Shown here: positions 48,336 to 61,043 of the stretch, in pieces
How the letters are laid out: every line of letters starts with the position of its first letter
Position numbering within the stretch: position 1 is the first letter of the stretch
Position numbers and translations under genes: made by a program
Notes under the pieces: generated by a model
Told to the model about the DNA's origin: nothing
The model's input: only the letters and a program-made list of their open reading frames with translations
Databases searched by the model: none
DNA from: Squalus acanthias
Taxonomy: Eukaryota
Assembly: GCA_030390025.1 (NCBI GenBank)
Contig: CM059432.1
Coordinates: forward strand, 86,120,001-86,184,000
Direction of reading: 5' to 3'
DNA length: 64,000 nt

Positions 48336-51300
48336 TATTAGTGTTTAATTCACTACCACTTCTCTTCTAAGAATGCCCACCTTGAAGAAGTTCTGCTCTT
48401 CTCTCCGACGGGATTTCCGTTTGCCTCTTTTACCTTGTTCATCTTCATTGCTTTCTGACGCCCTTCTCGTGTTTGATCAGGTATCTACCAAAACGCGCTT
48501 TCACGGCCACATATCTTTCCTCAGCAACTGTCTCCACCTCCGACTTACTCCACATGGATTCCAATTGAAATTCCACCCTTCGTGTTTTGGATCCACCCAG
48601 GACTACAGATATCGCCAAGATATTCAGCGTTCCTCGAACCACTGCTCTCACCGTATCCTGAGATCCACGTTGAATGCCATGCGCCGCCACATAAACACTC
48701 TCAACCTCTCTCTTCAGCAGCACCGACTTACTCTCTCTCAAAGCCGTCCTGGTCCACAGTTCCATTTCATCCTTCGCCTCATCCAGCTCTTTAACAAAAA
48801 ACTTTTTTTCTTCCTTTCAGGTGTCAAGAATTGCAAGCTTCAACAACTCTTGGACACCAACGCCCTTCCAGAACCTCCTTCTCTCTGACCCCGAACGATC
48901 AGTCCTTAACAAAGGCCTGAGCTTCATCCCCTTACGCCCCCATCTCAATGAATTTCGAGCTCGGCACGATGCTGAGCTCTTTTTCCGCCGCCTTTGTCTC
49001 CATGCCCACTTCTTTGGCCAGGAGTCGTGCCCCAGCACAGCTGACCCTTTCTCCCGTTTTCAGAATTCTCGTTCTACCTGGACCCCTCCCACTGGCCTCT
49101 TAACCTCTCTAGATCTTTTCATTCCAAACTGCCGGCGTGACATCGGCCGTCTCAATTTCTCTGCTCCCCTCATTCACTCCAACTTACCTCCCTCCGAACT
49201 TGCAGCACTCCATTCTCTCAGATCCAACCCCAACATTGTCATTAAACCTGCTGACAAGGGTGGTGCTGTTGTTGTTTGGCGAACTGACCTCTACCTAGCG
49301 GAGGCTGAACGCCAACTCTCCGACACCTCCTCCTACCTCCCCCTGGACCATGACCCCACTACCGAATATCAAGCCACCATTTCCAAGACTGTCATTGACC
49401 TCATCTCTTCTGGAGATCTTCCCTCCACAGCCGCCATTCTCATAGTTCCCCAACCCCGCACAGCCCGCTTCTACCTCCTTCCCAAGATCCACAAACAGGA
49501 CTGCCCTGGTAGACCCATCGTTTCAGCCTGTTCTTGCCCCACGGAACTTATCTCTTCCTATCTCGACTCTATTTTTTCTCCTTGTCCAGTCTCTTCCCAC
49601 CTACATCTGCGACTCTTCCGACGCCCTCTGCCACTTTAACAGTTTCCAGTTTCCTGGCCCCAACCATCTCCTTTTCACTATGGACGTCCAATCCCTCTAC
49701 ACCTCCATCCCCCACCAGGATGGCCTGAAGGTGCTCCGCTTCTTCCTTGAACAGAGGCCCAACCAGTCCCCATCCACCACCACCCTCCTCCACCTGGCAG
49801 AAATTGTTCTCACATTGAACAACTTCTCTTTTGACTCCACTCACTTCCTCCAAATTAGAGGTGTTGCTATGGGAACCCGCATGGGTCCTAGCTATGTCTA
49901 CCTTTTCGTGGGATATGTGGAACATTCTTTGTTACAGTCCTACTCAGGTCCCCTCCCTCACCTCTTTTTCTGGTACATTGATGACTGTATCGGTGCGGTT
50001 TCCTGCTCTCGCCCTGAACTAGAAAATTTCATTCACTTTGCTTCCAATTTCCACCCTTCCCTCACCTTCACATGGTCCATCTCCGACTCTTCCCTTCCTC
50101 GACTTCTCTGTCTCCATCTCTGGGGATAGGCTATTGACAAACATTCACTACAAGCCCAGACTCCCACAGCTACCTGGACTACACTTCCTTCCACCCCGCT
50201 TCCTGTAAGGACTCTATTCCAGTCTCCCAGTTTCTCCGTCTCCACTGTATCTGCTCTGACGATGCCACCTTCCATACTAGTGCTTCCAACATGTCTTCCT
50301 TTTTCCTCAACCGAGGATTCCCCTCTACTGTGGTTGACACGGCCCTTGACTGTATCCATTCTATTTCCCGCACTTCTGCTCTCACCCCTTCCGCTCCCTC
50401 CTGGAACCACGATAGGGTTCCCCTTGTCCTCACCTTTCACCCCACCAGCCTCCACATTCAACGGATCATCCTCCGCCATTTCCGCCACCTCCAGCATGAT
50501 CCCACCACCAAACACAGCTTCCCCTCACCTCCCTTTTCAGCATTCCGAAGGGACCGCTCCCTCCGCGACACCCCCAACACCCCTTCCCCTTCGCCCGGCA
50601 CCCCTTCCCGTGCAAGCGCAGGAGATGCAACACATGCCCTTTTACCTCTACCCTTCCCACTGTCCAGGGCCCCAAACACTCCTTCCAGGTGAAACAGCGA
50701 TTTACTTGTACTTCTTGCAATTTAGTATACTGTATTCGCTGCTCACGATGCGGTCTCCTCTACATTGGGGAGCCCAAACGCAGATTGGGTGACTGCTTTG
50801 CGGAACACCTCCGTTCAGTCCATAAGGGTGACCCCCAAGCTTCCGGTTGCCTGTCACTTTAATGCTCCGCTCCACTCCCACTCAGACCTCACCGTCCTCG
50901 GCCTCTTACACTGTTCCAATGAAGCTCAATGTAAGCTCGAGGAACAGCACCTCATCTTTCGATTAGGCACTTTACAGCCTTCTGGACGCAACATAGAGTT
51001 CAACAATTTCAGACCATAACCTCTGCCCCTATCATTTTTTTTCCATTTTTTTCCCTCTCTCCCACATGGCAGCTGTCTTTCATTCTGCCAGTGCCAGTTA
51101 CACTTCATCTAGAGCCATCTTTTGTTTCTTAACTTGTCCCATTACCATCTCCTTTTGCCTTGCACCATCTCTTAATCTCTCTCAATATCTCTTAATCTCT
51201 CCTGCCTTCCATCCTATCACAGACCTTCCTTTTTGTTCTTTCCTCCCCTCCCCCCTTTCCCTGCACTTGCTTAAAAACCTGTTCCATCTCCAGCTTTTTC

Positions 51301-51400
51301 CAGTTCTGACGAAGGGTCATCGACCTGTAACGTTAACTCTGTTTCTCTCTCCACAGATACTGCCTGACCGTCTGAGTATTTACAGCATTTTCTGTTTTTG
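48336..51400 (+). mobile_element. Penelope-like retroelement (Poseidon/Penelope type), near full-length, frameshifted
   Basis: KPADKGG, LPKIHK..GRPIVS, MDVQSLYT, GVAMGT.MGPSY, YIDD; GIY-YIG VYCIRCSRCGLLYIGE at ~50725-50775; TGTG at both junctions. Confidence 0.93.
51302..51338 (+). ncRNA. Minimal type I hammerhead ribozyme motif, core mutated (GAAA to GTAA)
   Basis: Stem I AGTT/AACT, CTGACGA core, stem II (A)GGGTC/GACCT, G(T)AA then CGTT; GAAA intact in the homologue at 336-339. Confidence 0.6.
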
Positions 51401-52560
51401 TGTGGTCAGAAGCTCATCTCAGGATTATATACACGACACTAAGGTTGCAAATGGTCTGGTTCAGCCTCAGACAGTTGCCAGGGAGAGGGATAGAGTTGAT
51501 GGCTAGGAACTGAGTTCGTGGTGGGGACTGAAGACAATGGCTTCGGTCTTCCCAATATTTAGTTGGAGGAAATTTCTGCTCATCCAGCACTGGATGTCGG
51601 ACAAGCAGTCTGACAATTTAGACAGTGGAAAGGTCGAGAGAGATTGTGGTGAGGTAGAGCTGGGTGTCGTCTGCATACATGTGGAAACTGATGCTGTGTT
51701 TTCGGATGATGTCGCCGAGGGGCATAATGTAGAAGAGAAATAGGAGGGGGCCAAGGATAGATCCTTGGGGGACACCAGAGGTAACTGTGCGGGAATAGGA
51801 AGAGAAGGCATTGCAGGTGATTCTCTCGCTATGACGCAGGTTAATAAGGCCATTAAAAAAAGCAAACCAAGCACCAGGGTTTATTTCTAGAGGGATAGAA
51901 TTGAAAAGTAACAAAGTTATGCTAAACTATATCGAACTTTGGTTAGACCACACTTGAAGTACTGTATACAGTTTTAGTCGTCATATTATATAAAGGATAT
52001 AGAGGCACTGGAGAGGGTGCAAAAAAATTTACAAGAATGATACCAGAAATGCAAGGTTATAATTATCAGGAAAGGTTGAACAGGCTGGGTTTCTTTTCTC
52101 TTGAAAAAAGATGGATGAGGGGTGACCTAATAGAGGTCTTTAAAATTATGAAAGGTTTTGATAGAGTAGACACAGAGAGAGTGTTTCCACTTGTGTGGAA
52201 GAGCAAAACTAGAGGCCATCAATATAAGATAGTCACCAAGAAATCAAATAGGGAATTCAGAAGAAACTTCTTTATCCAGAGAGTGGTGAGAATGTGGAAC
52301 TCGCTACCACAGGCGAATAGTATAGATGTATTTAGGGGAAAGCTAGATAAGCAGATGAGGGCAAAGGGAATTGAGGGTTATGCTGATAGAGTTAGATGAG
52401 GAAGGAATGGAGGAGGCTCGAGTGGCGCATAAATGTGGCATGGACTGGTTGGGCCAAATTGCCTGTTTCTGTGCTGTAATTCTATGTAAAGTAAACATGA
52501 GAAAATAACTTAAAATTGAGGGAGGGCAAGGATTTTTTATTTATTTACATCTGCGCTTAC

Positions 52561-52708
52561 CTGAAAGTACGTGTTTCAGGTGCACCATATGTGAATTCCT
52601 TGTGTAACTGCTGAACATTTTTGGCCTTACACCCCTGAATTCCATTTGCTTGAGCCACTGTTGGTATCCTAACATTTTTGTCATTTCTTTTCAACTCGGA
52701 GGAAAGAA
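52561..52708 (-). CDS. C8orf89: 148-nt internal coding exon of C8orf89-like gene
   Basis: Acceptor tttcctttcatttgcag|, donor CAG|gtaagc; phase 1 in, phase 2 out; LSSELKRNDKNVRIPTVAQANGIQGCKAKNVQQLHKEFTYGAPETRTF; only weak similarity to the recalled human sequence. Could instead begin at in-frame ATG 52760. Confidence 0.62.
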
Positions 52709-53446
52709 CTGCAAATGAAAGGAAACATGTCTTTGTGGATGAGAATCCAGAACAGAGCATTCATTAGACAGGAGGAATATGGATATCTATAATCTCTTTC
52801 ACCTTTGATGATCGAAAATGTTAAAATATTGGACAAATGAGAGCAATATACAATACTTCCCAGGTGATTACTGTAGATGTGACAGTACTTAAAGGAGCAG
52901 AATGCAGCCAACATCTGTGAGTATCACCCTTCCAACCTAAAGGGGAAAAAATTAGCCACTTGAAACTGAAGGCATTTTTCCACAGCTGGGAATTAAACAT
53001 TTTTTAAAATCTCTACAAATGCCTATCAATACACCATAGTAAACCATGACTGAAATTACCATAAATTGCTCAGCATAAATCACAAAAAGAATGGAATTTT
53101 TCATTTTCTGAAAACAAGGTAGTGAGTAGAAAAACATAAATAACTTCTTAAAATTGCAAGGGTTTTTCAGTTACAGCACTTTGTCATACATTGTTTTTAT
53201 GGTATATGGCATATATGGCACTGTGTACATGATGCAGCCTGGCACGAAGTGAACCTTACAGATTGACTTGTGGATGTCCTTGGTCAGTGGTATTAATGTA
53301 CAACTGTGGTAGCTTTTGTAGCTTTGAGGTTCCACCTAGTCATGTGGGTAAATCCATGTCCTTCTTGTGGACTGCTTATATAGGGGTTGTTATCAGTATG
53401 ATAGACAGCCATTAGCAATAGAGTAAGCATGGAAACCAGATTTAAA

Positions 53447-54975
53447 GAAAGAACATAAGAAATAGGAGCAGGAGTAGGCCATTTGGCCCCTCGAGCCTGT
53501 TCCGCCATGCAATAAGATCATGGCTGATCTGATCTTGGCCTCAACTCCATTTTCCTGCCTGTTCCCCATAACCCTTGACTCCCCTGTAGCTCAAATATCT
53601 GTCTATCTCCACCTTGAATATATTCACTGACTCAGCCTCCACAGCTCTCTGGGGTAGAGAATTCCAAAAATTCACAACCCTCAGAGAAGAAATTCCTCCT
53701 CATCTCTGTCTTAAATGGGCGACCCCTTATCCTGAAACTATGCCACCGAGTTCTAGATTCCCCCACGAGGGGAAACATCCTCTCGGCATCTACCCTGTCA
53801 AGCCCCGTCAGAATCTTATGGCCCGTATTTTCCGATCGCAGGCCTCCCACGGGCGGAGGCCTGCGATCTGGAAAAATCTACGCCCTTACCGGAGGGCTCC
53901 CGGGACGCACACGCTTCCACTCCTGGGCCTCTCCAAACTCAAAGTGCGCAGGGCCCACGTATCCCAGAGGCGCATGTAGTTCGCAGAGTCCCTGGGATCA
54001 CGTGGGCCATGGGGAGCCAATCAAAGAAGGGAATCGCCCTTCATACACTTGACAGGAAGACCTGTCAAATATATGAATGGAGATCACCCCAAAAACATAG
54101 TAAAACTTTAAATAATTTTTTTTTTTAAATCACATTTTTAAAATGACTTGAAATTACAATAAAGTATTTTAAACAAAAATTTTATTTTTTGAAAAAAAAT
54201 TAAAGTTTTTTACGGGGCTAAAAATAAACTTACCTTTTTTAAAGTATTTTTAAATGATAAATCAGTGAAATTTTTTTTTTAAAACTTTTTTCAACTCTTA
54301 TCCTGGTAAAAGCAAGCCTTATGCCTGCTTTTACCAGGCGTAAGAATTGTAAGGGTTTTCTGCGGGTGGAGGGTCTCCAAAAAGCGGAACTATCCGCCCG
54401 TAGAAGCCCTTCTCCAGGGCAGCCAGAGGATCTGTCAAGACCATTCTTGACAGATCGGAAATGCTGGTTTACAGCGCATGCGTTGTGCATGCCTGAAACC
54501 GGCATTTCCGATGTCCCTACCGGGGGGGGGGGTATACAGTGCGTACCCACCCGTAGGGATCGGAATATCTGGGCCTATAATGTTTCAGTAAGATCACCTC
54601 ATTCTTCTAAACTCCAATGAGTATAGGCCCAACTTGCTCAACCTTTCCTCATAAGACAACCCTTTCTTCTCCGGAATCAACCTAGTGAACTTTCTCTGAA
54701 CTGCCTCCAATGCAAGTGTATCCCTCCTTAAATAAGGAGACTAAAACTGTACGCAACACTCCAGGTGTGGTCTCACCAATGCCCTGTACAGTTGTAGCAA
54801 GACTTCCCTACTTTTATACTCCATCCCCTTGCAATAAAGGCCAACATTCCATTTGCCTTCCTAATTACTTGCTGTACCTGCATCCTAACTTTTTGTGTTT
54901 CATGTATGAGGACACCCAGATCCTTCTGTACCACAGCATTCTGTAGTCTCTCTCCATTTAAATAATATTTTGCTT
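53447..54975 (-). mobile_element. CR1 3' fragment split by a MITE
   Basis: [23 protein letters not shown]..; tail at ~53450; continues 54576-54975. Confidence 0.9.
53820..54575. mobile_element. Harbinger MITE, ~750-bp family, copy 2
   Basis: TIRs GGCCCGTATTTTCCGATC / GATCGGAATATCTGGGCC; TSD TAT inside a CR1. Confidence 0.92.
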
Positions 54976-56813
54976 AAAAAAAAAAGGTTCTTGATTCAAC
55001 CTCAGTTTGAATTTTTTTATTTTTAAAAAGACTAAGATATTTTCAACTTCCACTGACGGGATTTAGGAATAGACCACCAGCACCACCACTTCAGTGGAAT
55101 ATACCATTGGGGCTGCAATTAGGAGGAAACTCAGGAGCTTGCCTTTGCTCGGGAGTATTCGGTTTCAATAATAAAAGATCGCTCCTTTGTCTGGATACCT
55201 TTATCCAATTTTGTATGATAGTTCTGTCTCCACAGAAAAAGAATTGCAGTTCGTAACAATTCACAGTACGTCAGTAGATCTTCTATACACAGACATTTGT
55301 GATGTTTCCAAAGTAGAATTCACACAAAAGAGTTATCACACTGAAAAACAATTATCTGCAAGCATAAGCCTCCAGAACTCCTTCATCCAAGACTGATTAT
55401 GAGATTGGATCAGCAGGAAATTCTTTTAGAAGTACAATGCAACCGATGGCCGGTAAAAACAGTTGATCAATTCTTTCAGAAAAGAAAGAGATTGCTAAAT
55501 ATCTGTTTAAGAATGGGGCTGAAGAGGCACTGATACAGATGATCAAGAACTCTACAGAACTGCAGGTGTGTCTAAAATAGATATTTGTTTGTGGTGAATT
55601 TTTAAACTTACACTTTGTATTGCAAGAAACAGCATGAAATAGTTACCATCCAAAGCATTTCTCAACAAAAACGCCGTCAGCAGGACATGATACATTCCAG
55701 TAGCCAGGGTACAGAGTAGCAGTTCTCTTATAATCCCTGAGTCTCAATATAATTTACTTAGGTATTAAGGAGGAAAAGATGCACTCTGGTTCATAGTGGG
55801 AGTGAGGCCTGCTTACAGGATGAATCGGAGAAATTATCTAGGATTAAAACCAAAACCCTGGTTCCAGTGATTCTGAGCATAGACGTATTATTTGTACAAT
55901 GTAACTGGTCAGAATTTAATAGTGTACGTTGTACAGTTAGATTTGCATCCTCAAATTCTGCTCAATTATATTTTAAGGTAAGAAAGAAAATTTTAAGTTC
56001 GGTCTTTCAAAATTTACTTAGAATTGGTCACTTGCCTTAGAAAGCTGAGTGAGTTAGATATATAGCTTTAAATTGCTGTAGCTGCACTATTCAGGGGTTA
56101 ATACATTATCAAAGGTTTTTGGGAGAACATTCAACTGCCTGTTAACTTCCCTGACACAGTTGTTCATACAAGTATGTGCAAATGCCCACATAGCAGATTG
56201 ACCAATGGAGCACAGCATTGATTAAGTAATTCAGCATTACTTAAGTGATTTAAACAACCACTTATGGTGCAGTATCTAATTCCTGTCATAGGCTAATACT
56301 CTTCTACACTGAAACATCTTAGAGTGGAAATGCCAGCAGCGCCATTGCCCCACTTGAGTTGTGGCAGGCGTAACTTCCACCTGCCACTTTGACCATGACC
56401 TCATCCCAAATCCTGGGGATGAAGTGATTACCAAAACTGGTGAGGGTGTCTGCTCCAGTAGCATGACCAGTAGCAATGCAGCATGGCACCTACTGAACCA
56501 CTCAGAGAACCATAGCCCAATCTGGCCAAAGATTTTTCCATCAACTATTTTTGCATCCTCAGCTCCCTCGTTGGTAGGCCCCATATTGAAATGACAATGA
56601 CTATACATTGGGCCCTACATGTGGAGCGCAACCACACGAGCAAGTAACATGATTAGACACTTTCCAAATAATTCACCCTTTCTAAAATACATTTCAATAT
56701 AAATGTTTGATTAAGTACCAAGCAGTGATAACAATCAGGTACAACAGAAGTTATTGCTAGACAAGAGAATGTTCTGTTGGTGACCAGGAAAAACAGAAAT
56801 GGGGAAATATAAA

Positions 56814-57550
56814 GGGGGAAAAATTCGTTAGCGACCATTTTGATTAAATTTAGCACCCGATGAAAAATAGCACCGGCGATGGCAAACCTCAGTTTTAGCA
56901 CCCCAAGAGGGAGGTGGAGCGCTAATTCAAGCGCTCCACTTCCTTCTTAGAGCGCTAACCCCGAATATCGAGGCGATGTGTTCTGCAGCGCTACGCACTG
57001 GGCCACGTAGCGCTGCTGCATGGAAGGGTTCTTCCCCTCATTAAAGGGGAGGGCCCAAGTCCACAACTCTGCGGGGCCCTACTTGAACCACCGGGGAGCG
57101 GGGTGCCGTGCCAGCAGCCCGGCACTCAAGAGGAATGCCGGGCTGCCAGATCGCGGCACGGACCCCGCGTTCAAAGACGCAACGGACCGCGATAAGTAAG
57201 TCGACCGCTTTTTTATCCCCACCTGCCACCTCCCCTTTAGTTAGCCCCCGGCGAGCCTCCTGCCGCTCCGTTCCTGCCCCCTGAATCGGTCACGGTCATT
57301 GCCCGGCACAGATTCAGGGGGCACGGGCCAATTTTGCAGGCAGGGCAAAAACGGGGCGCTGCGCACAATGATGACGTTGTCATCGCCTGTGCTGCGGAGC
57401 GGGGTGCTACCGGTTACCGCTGCCACTAAACTCCCGCTGAATTTAGTGGGCGTCGATAGCGGCGCCACGCCCCAGGTGAAGAGTCATTTGTGCCCAGTTA
57501 GTGCCCCCCAGGCGCTAATGAGAGGCGCAAATGCACCGAATTTCTAGTCC
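56814..57550. mobile_element. GC-rich Harbinger-type MITE
   Basis: Termini GGGGGAAAAATTCG / CGAATTTCTAGTCC; AAA on both sides; CpG-rich interior. Confidence 0.78.
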
Positions 57551-59346
57551 AAAGAATTTTAGCAAGGCAGCTGATGTGCAGAAACCCAACAGTATGCTTA
57601 AGAGTCACCAATCCACTCAGGTAGCAATTTCTGTAATCCCAATGTGGAATATAACCTTCACTAGGCAGACTGCAGATAGAAGAAACTCTTCATGTGCAGC
57701 ATAGTGAGCAGCACAAATTCACAATAAAATGGTTGAGTACATTGCTACCATCCTCCTAATAACAGCATGGAGACATACCTCATTTGAATGTAGGTTCACC
57801 AGTTGGAGATGTTGCAGTAGAAACTACTTGCGTCTCTACAACACAATCATTATGGACACCAGAATCTGGATATGTTAGCACATGTTCTCCTACTCAACCT
57901 CCAGGTAACACTTTCCAAAATTTGTTGTCCCAAAGTTTCCTGATCAGCTATACAACAGACATCTGCCTGGAACATGGTGGAACAACTGTAGCAGAATTGC
58001 CCTGGAAATTGCCTGAGATGTGTCTTCAAAATGGAGTTTCAGCTTAAAGGTGTCCTCAAAATGGAGTCAATAGTTAAACTGAATGCTGGGAAATTAAAAG
58101 AGACTAAAGCTAATTAAAACCACAAAGACTTGCATATAAACAAAACATGCCTTACCAGCGATAGAAGACCAGCATCAAGGACATTGGTAAGATATAAATA
58201 CATCATGCCTTATCTGTATCTGTGCAAGACCCTTTGTCTGAGAAAGACTGAGGAGCTAGGGAGTAAGTGGGCGATCTAACATGTCTAGGTACCGATGACT
58301 CATTAACTTGGAGGTTCTCAAGGGCACTTACATGACTGTGATTGATACATGTCATTCAGATTGACCAATCTGAATGACAAGGGTTTTTTCTTTAAAAATC
58401 AAGGTATATAAGAGGGTGTTTAGCACATCTATTAGCAGTCTCTGTTAGTTTTGTTAATCATTTTTTTTTTGTCTTTAACATATATCGAAGGGTGCCTCAA
58501 AAAGGACCAAAGTGCATCCAGGACATAAAAAGAGATTATAGAAGTCAGATTGTATGGCTATACCTGCTAATTACTGGCAGAGATAAGTGTGTCACTGAAA
58601 TGTACTGAGATTAAGTAAAATTTAAGCCAGCTATTTCAGATACAGTTCCCAATGCGTAACGTGGAATTAGCCTGAAGTAGAGGATCCAAGAAGAACAGAT
58701 AATCCCGCTACAGAACAAGGGTCATCTACCGACATCCCAGAAGCCAACAGCATCAACCCAGAGGAATATGAGCAATCAACTCAATCACGAAGCTGATAAG
58801 GATGAAGTCATATAAATTCTGGAAACAACGTTAACCACATAGGGCTAAAAATTGGGGTGTTTTACGCCACCCGTTACCACCATGAAATGGCGAAGAAACG
58901 GCGGCCGGCGCTCTCCCGCCAGCTGGAGCAGGGTCCCGCAGCGGCCGCCATTTTGTGATGATCAGTAGCGCTGCCGATAAACGCGATCACTAGAGGGATT
59001 TAAATTAACAAGATCATGACGTCAGTGAGTGTGCAATGCTCACCTGACACCCGATCTGCAGCATTGGATTTCGCCGTTCAACTTACCTACATGCCTAAAT
59101 AATGACAGGGAGAGCAAGCGTTCAACATCAGGAAGGAGGCTCCAGCAGCAGTATTTAAAGGGATCATCAGCAATCAGTTGCACCTGACATGTTTATGCAG
59201 TTTGACTGGCTCTGTGCTACTTTCTGCAACTCCAACAGATTTATTAACTTCTTTCAAGATTCCAAGGTAACCGGGAGTGTTGTTGCAAGTGCAGCATGCC
59301 TTCATTATTTTTTAAAGGCTTCTGCTCACAACACTTGCTCACAGTC

Positions 59347-60497
59347 ATGGGGGCTGTACTGGCATTCGACCTCGCGCTCCAGGATCTTCGGCAGAGGGAG
59401 CAGGGGCACCGAGGAAGATGGGAATATGCGCGCAGAGGGAGGAGGAGGAGGCCCATGGGGGTGCTCAACAGGAGGCCTTACCCACCTAGGCTATTCCGAC
59501 AGCACTTCTCCTACCTCCACTTAAGCGAGCAGTGTCTTAGGAGGCTACGCTTCACCAAGGAGGTGGTCACAGAACTCTGCCACCTCCTACAATCAGACCT
59601 GCAGCCTGAGAGCAGGGCGACCACAGCTCTCCCAGTGGCAGTCAAGGTCACCGTGGCCCTCAATTTCTTCGCCAGCGGATCCTTCCACTCTGCAGCAGGA
59701 GACATAGCTAACATCTCACAGTTCACCGTCCATCGCTGCATCTGGGAGGTCACTGAGGCTCTCTACTGCGTTGTCTTCTCTCTCAGTAGAGAGAAGCAGG
59801 ACGAGCACGTATATGGCTTAGCCAGGATAGCGGGCTTCCCCATGGTGCAGGACGCCATCAACTGCACACACGTGGCTTTGCGGGTACCACATAACAATCC
59901 TGAGATCTTCCATAACCGCAAAGGCTACCACTCACTTAATGTGCAGTTGGTGTGCGACCACACACAGCGATTGCTCAATGTCAATGCCCGCTATCCTGGC
60001 AGCAGCCACGATGCCTTCATCCTGCGTCAGTCCAGTGTGCCAGCAATCTTCCAGCCACCACAGAAAACTCAAGGGTGGCTGCTCGGAGACAAGGGCTATC
60101 CGCTCTTCACCTGGCTCATGACTCCCCTCCGCAACCCCAACACTCGTGCCCAGCACTCATATAATGAGAGCCATGCGTCCACCAGGAACATCATCGAGCA
60201 GACCATCGGGCTACTGAAGCAACGGTTCCGCTGCCTTGACTGCTCGGGGTAGCCCTCCAGTACTCAGCGGAGCGGGTGTCCCATTTCGTGGTGGTCTGCT
60301 GCATGCTTCACAGCTTAGCCATCATGAGGGTGCAGCCCTTGCCACCAGGGATTATGGCACCACCTCAGGAGGAGGATGAGGGAGAGGAGGAGGAGGATGA
60401 GGAGCAAAAGGAAGAGGAGGGAGGGAGGAGGTAGGTAGCCAATCGTCCTTCCAGACGGGCGGTCCTTGAATGGCTCATCAGACTCCGATTCGAATAA
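59347..60497 (+). pseudogene. Harbinger (HARBI1-like DDE) transposase pseudogene
   Basis: ALNFFASGSF, NRKGYHSLNVQ, YPGSSHD, LLGDKGY, NIIEQTIGLLKQRFRCL; first catalytic Asp is Asn (DAINCTH); frameshift at ~60248, then LQYS..CCMLH and acidic tail. Confidence 0.9.
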
Positions 60498-60988
60498 ATC
60501 CCCAGATCCCTATTGCTCACCACATCCCCTTCATCCCTGTCTCATGGAATATCACAGCATCCTCCTGGGCATAAATGCTAAAATGAGACACACCACAAAA
60601 GATTCCAGGGGAGTGGCAGTGGGAGCAGGACCCTGCTGTCCTCTCTTAAGATGACAGTATTCCTGTTCCCACCTCTGCCACTTCGCCAAGGCTGTTGCCG
60701 CTGTCTGTCAGCCAGGCCACCCAGACTGCTGCCGCCCATGCCAAGGTGGTGCAGTCTACAGCCGGGCTTTCTAGGGCCAGAGCTGCTCGAGGTCGTCCAG
60801 CAAGGCCATCTGAAGTCTTCCGCATGGAAACTCAGCAGCCTTCCACCTGCCATGCTGCAGCCACTAGGGGAGCGCTAGATTAGGAAAAGCCACACGAAAG
60901 ACAGGCACTAAGGGATTGCACAAGGGTGATTAGTTAATATTTTTCATGTAAATATGCGTGAGTTGATTTTTTGATATAAATTTATTAA

Positions 60989-61043
60989 TTTCTTCTTCTT
61001 CTTCTTCTTCTTCTTCTTGTGGTGGTGGTGGTGGTGGTGGTTG
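60989..61043. repeat. Compound microsatellite (TTC)n(TGG)n
   Basis: Directly visible; a similar compound (ACC)n(CCT)n lies at 23674-23730 in another Harbinger derivative. Confidence 0.9.

Larger units (their letters stand above)
47702..51830 (-). mobile_element. L2 LINE fragment (47702-48335 and 51401-51830) split by Penelope
   Basis: [18 protein letters not shown] at 51620-51790; 3' part homologous to 3818-4500. Confidence 0.9.
46790..52490 (+). mobile_element. CR1 LINE (pieces 46790-47701 and 51832-52490) hosting a MITE, an L2 and a Penelope element
   Basis: RT motifs; ..cacaaatcattaaa resumes as gacgcaggttaataaggcc; 3'UTR at ~52400-52490. Confidence 0.88.

Noticed and set aside
55199..55560. 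Possible first coding exon or plus-strand exon
   Set aside because: No in-frame ATG for a phase-1 donor and no similarity recognised; could be UTR but unsupported
56814..57550. CpG island promoter of the host gene
   Set aside because: CpG richness is confined within MITE termini; no independent promoter evidence
57779..57948. Exon-like segment with GAG|gtatgt donor
   Set aside because: Stops near the donor in the needed frames; non-coding status cannot be shown from sequence
59296..60252. Domesticated host HARBI1 gene
   Set aside because: Bounded by TIRs and TSD, with catalytic Asp mutated and a frameshift: a dead transposon copy
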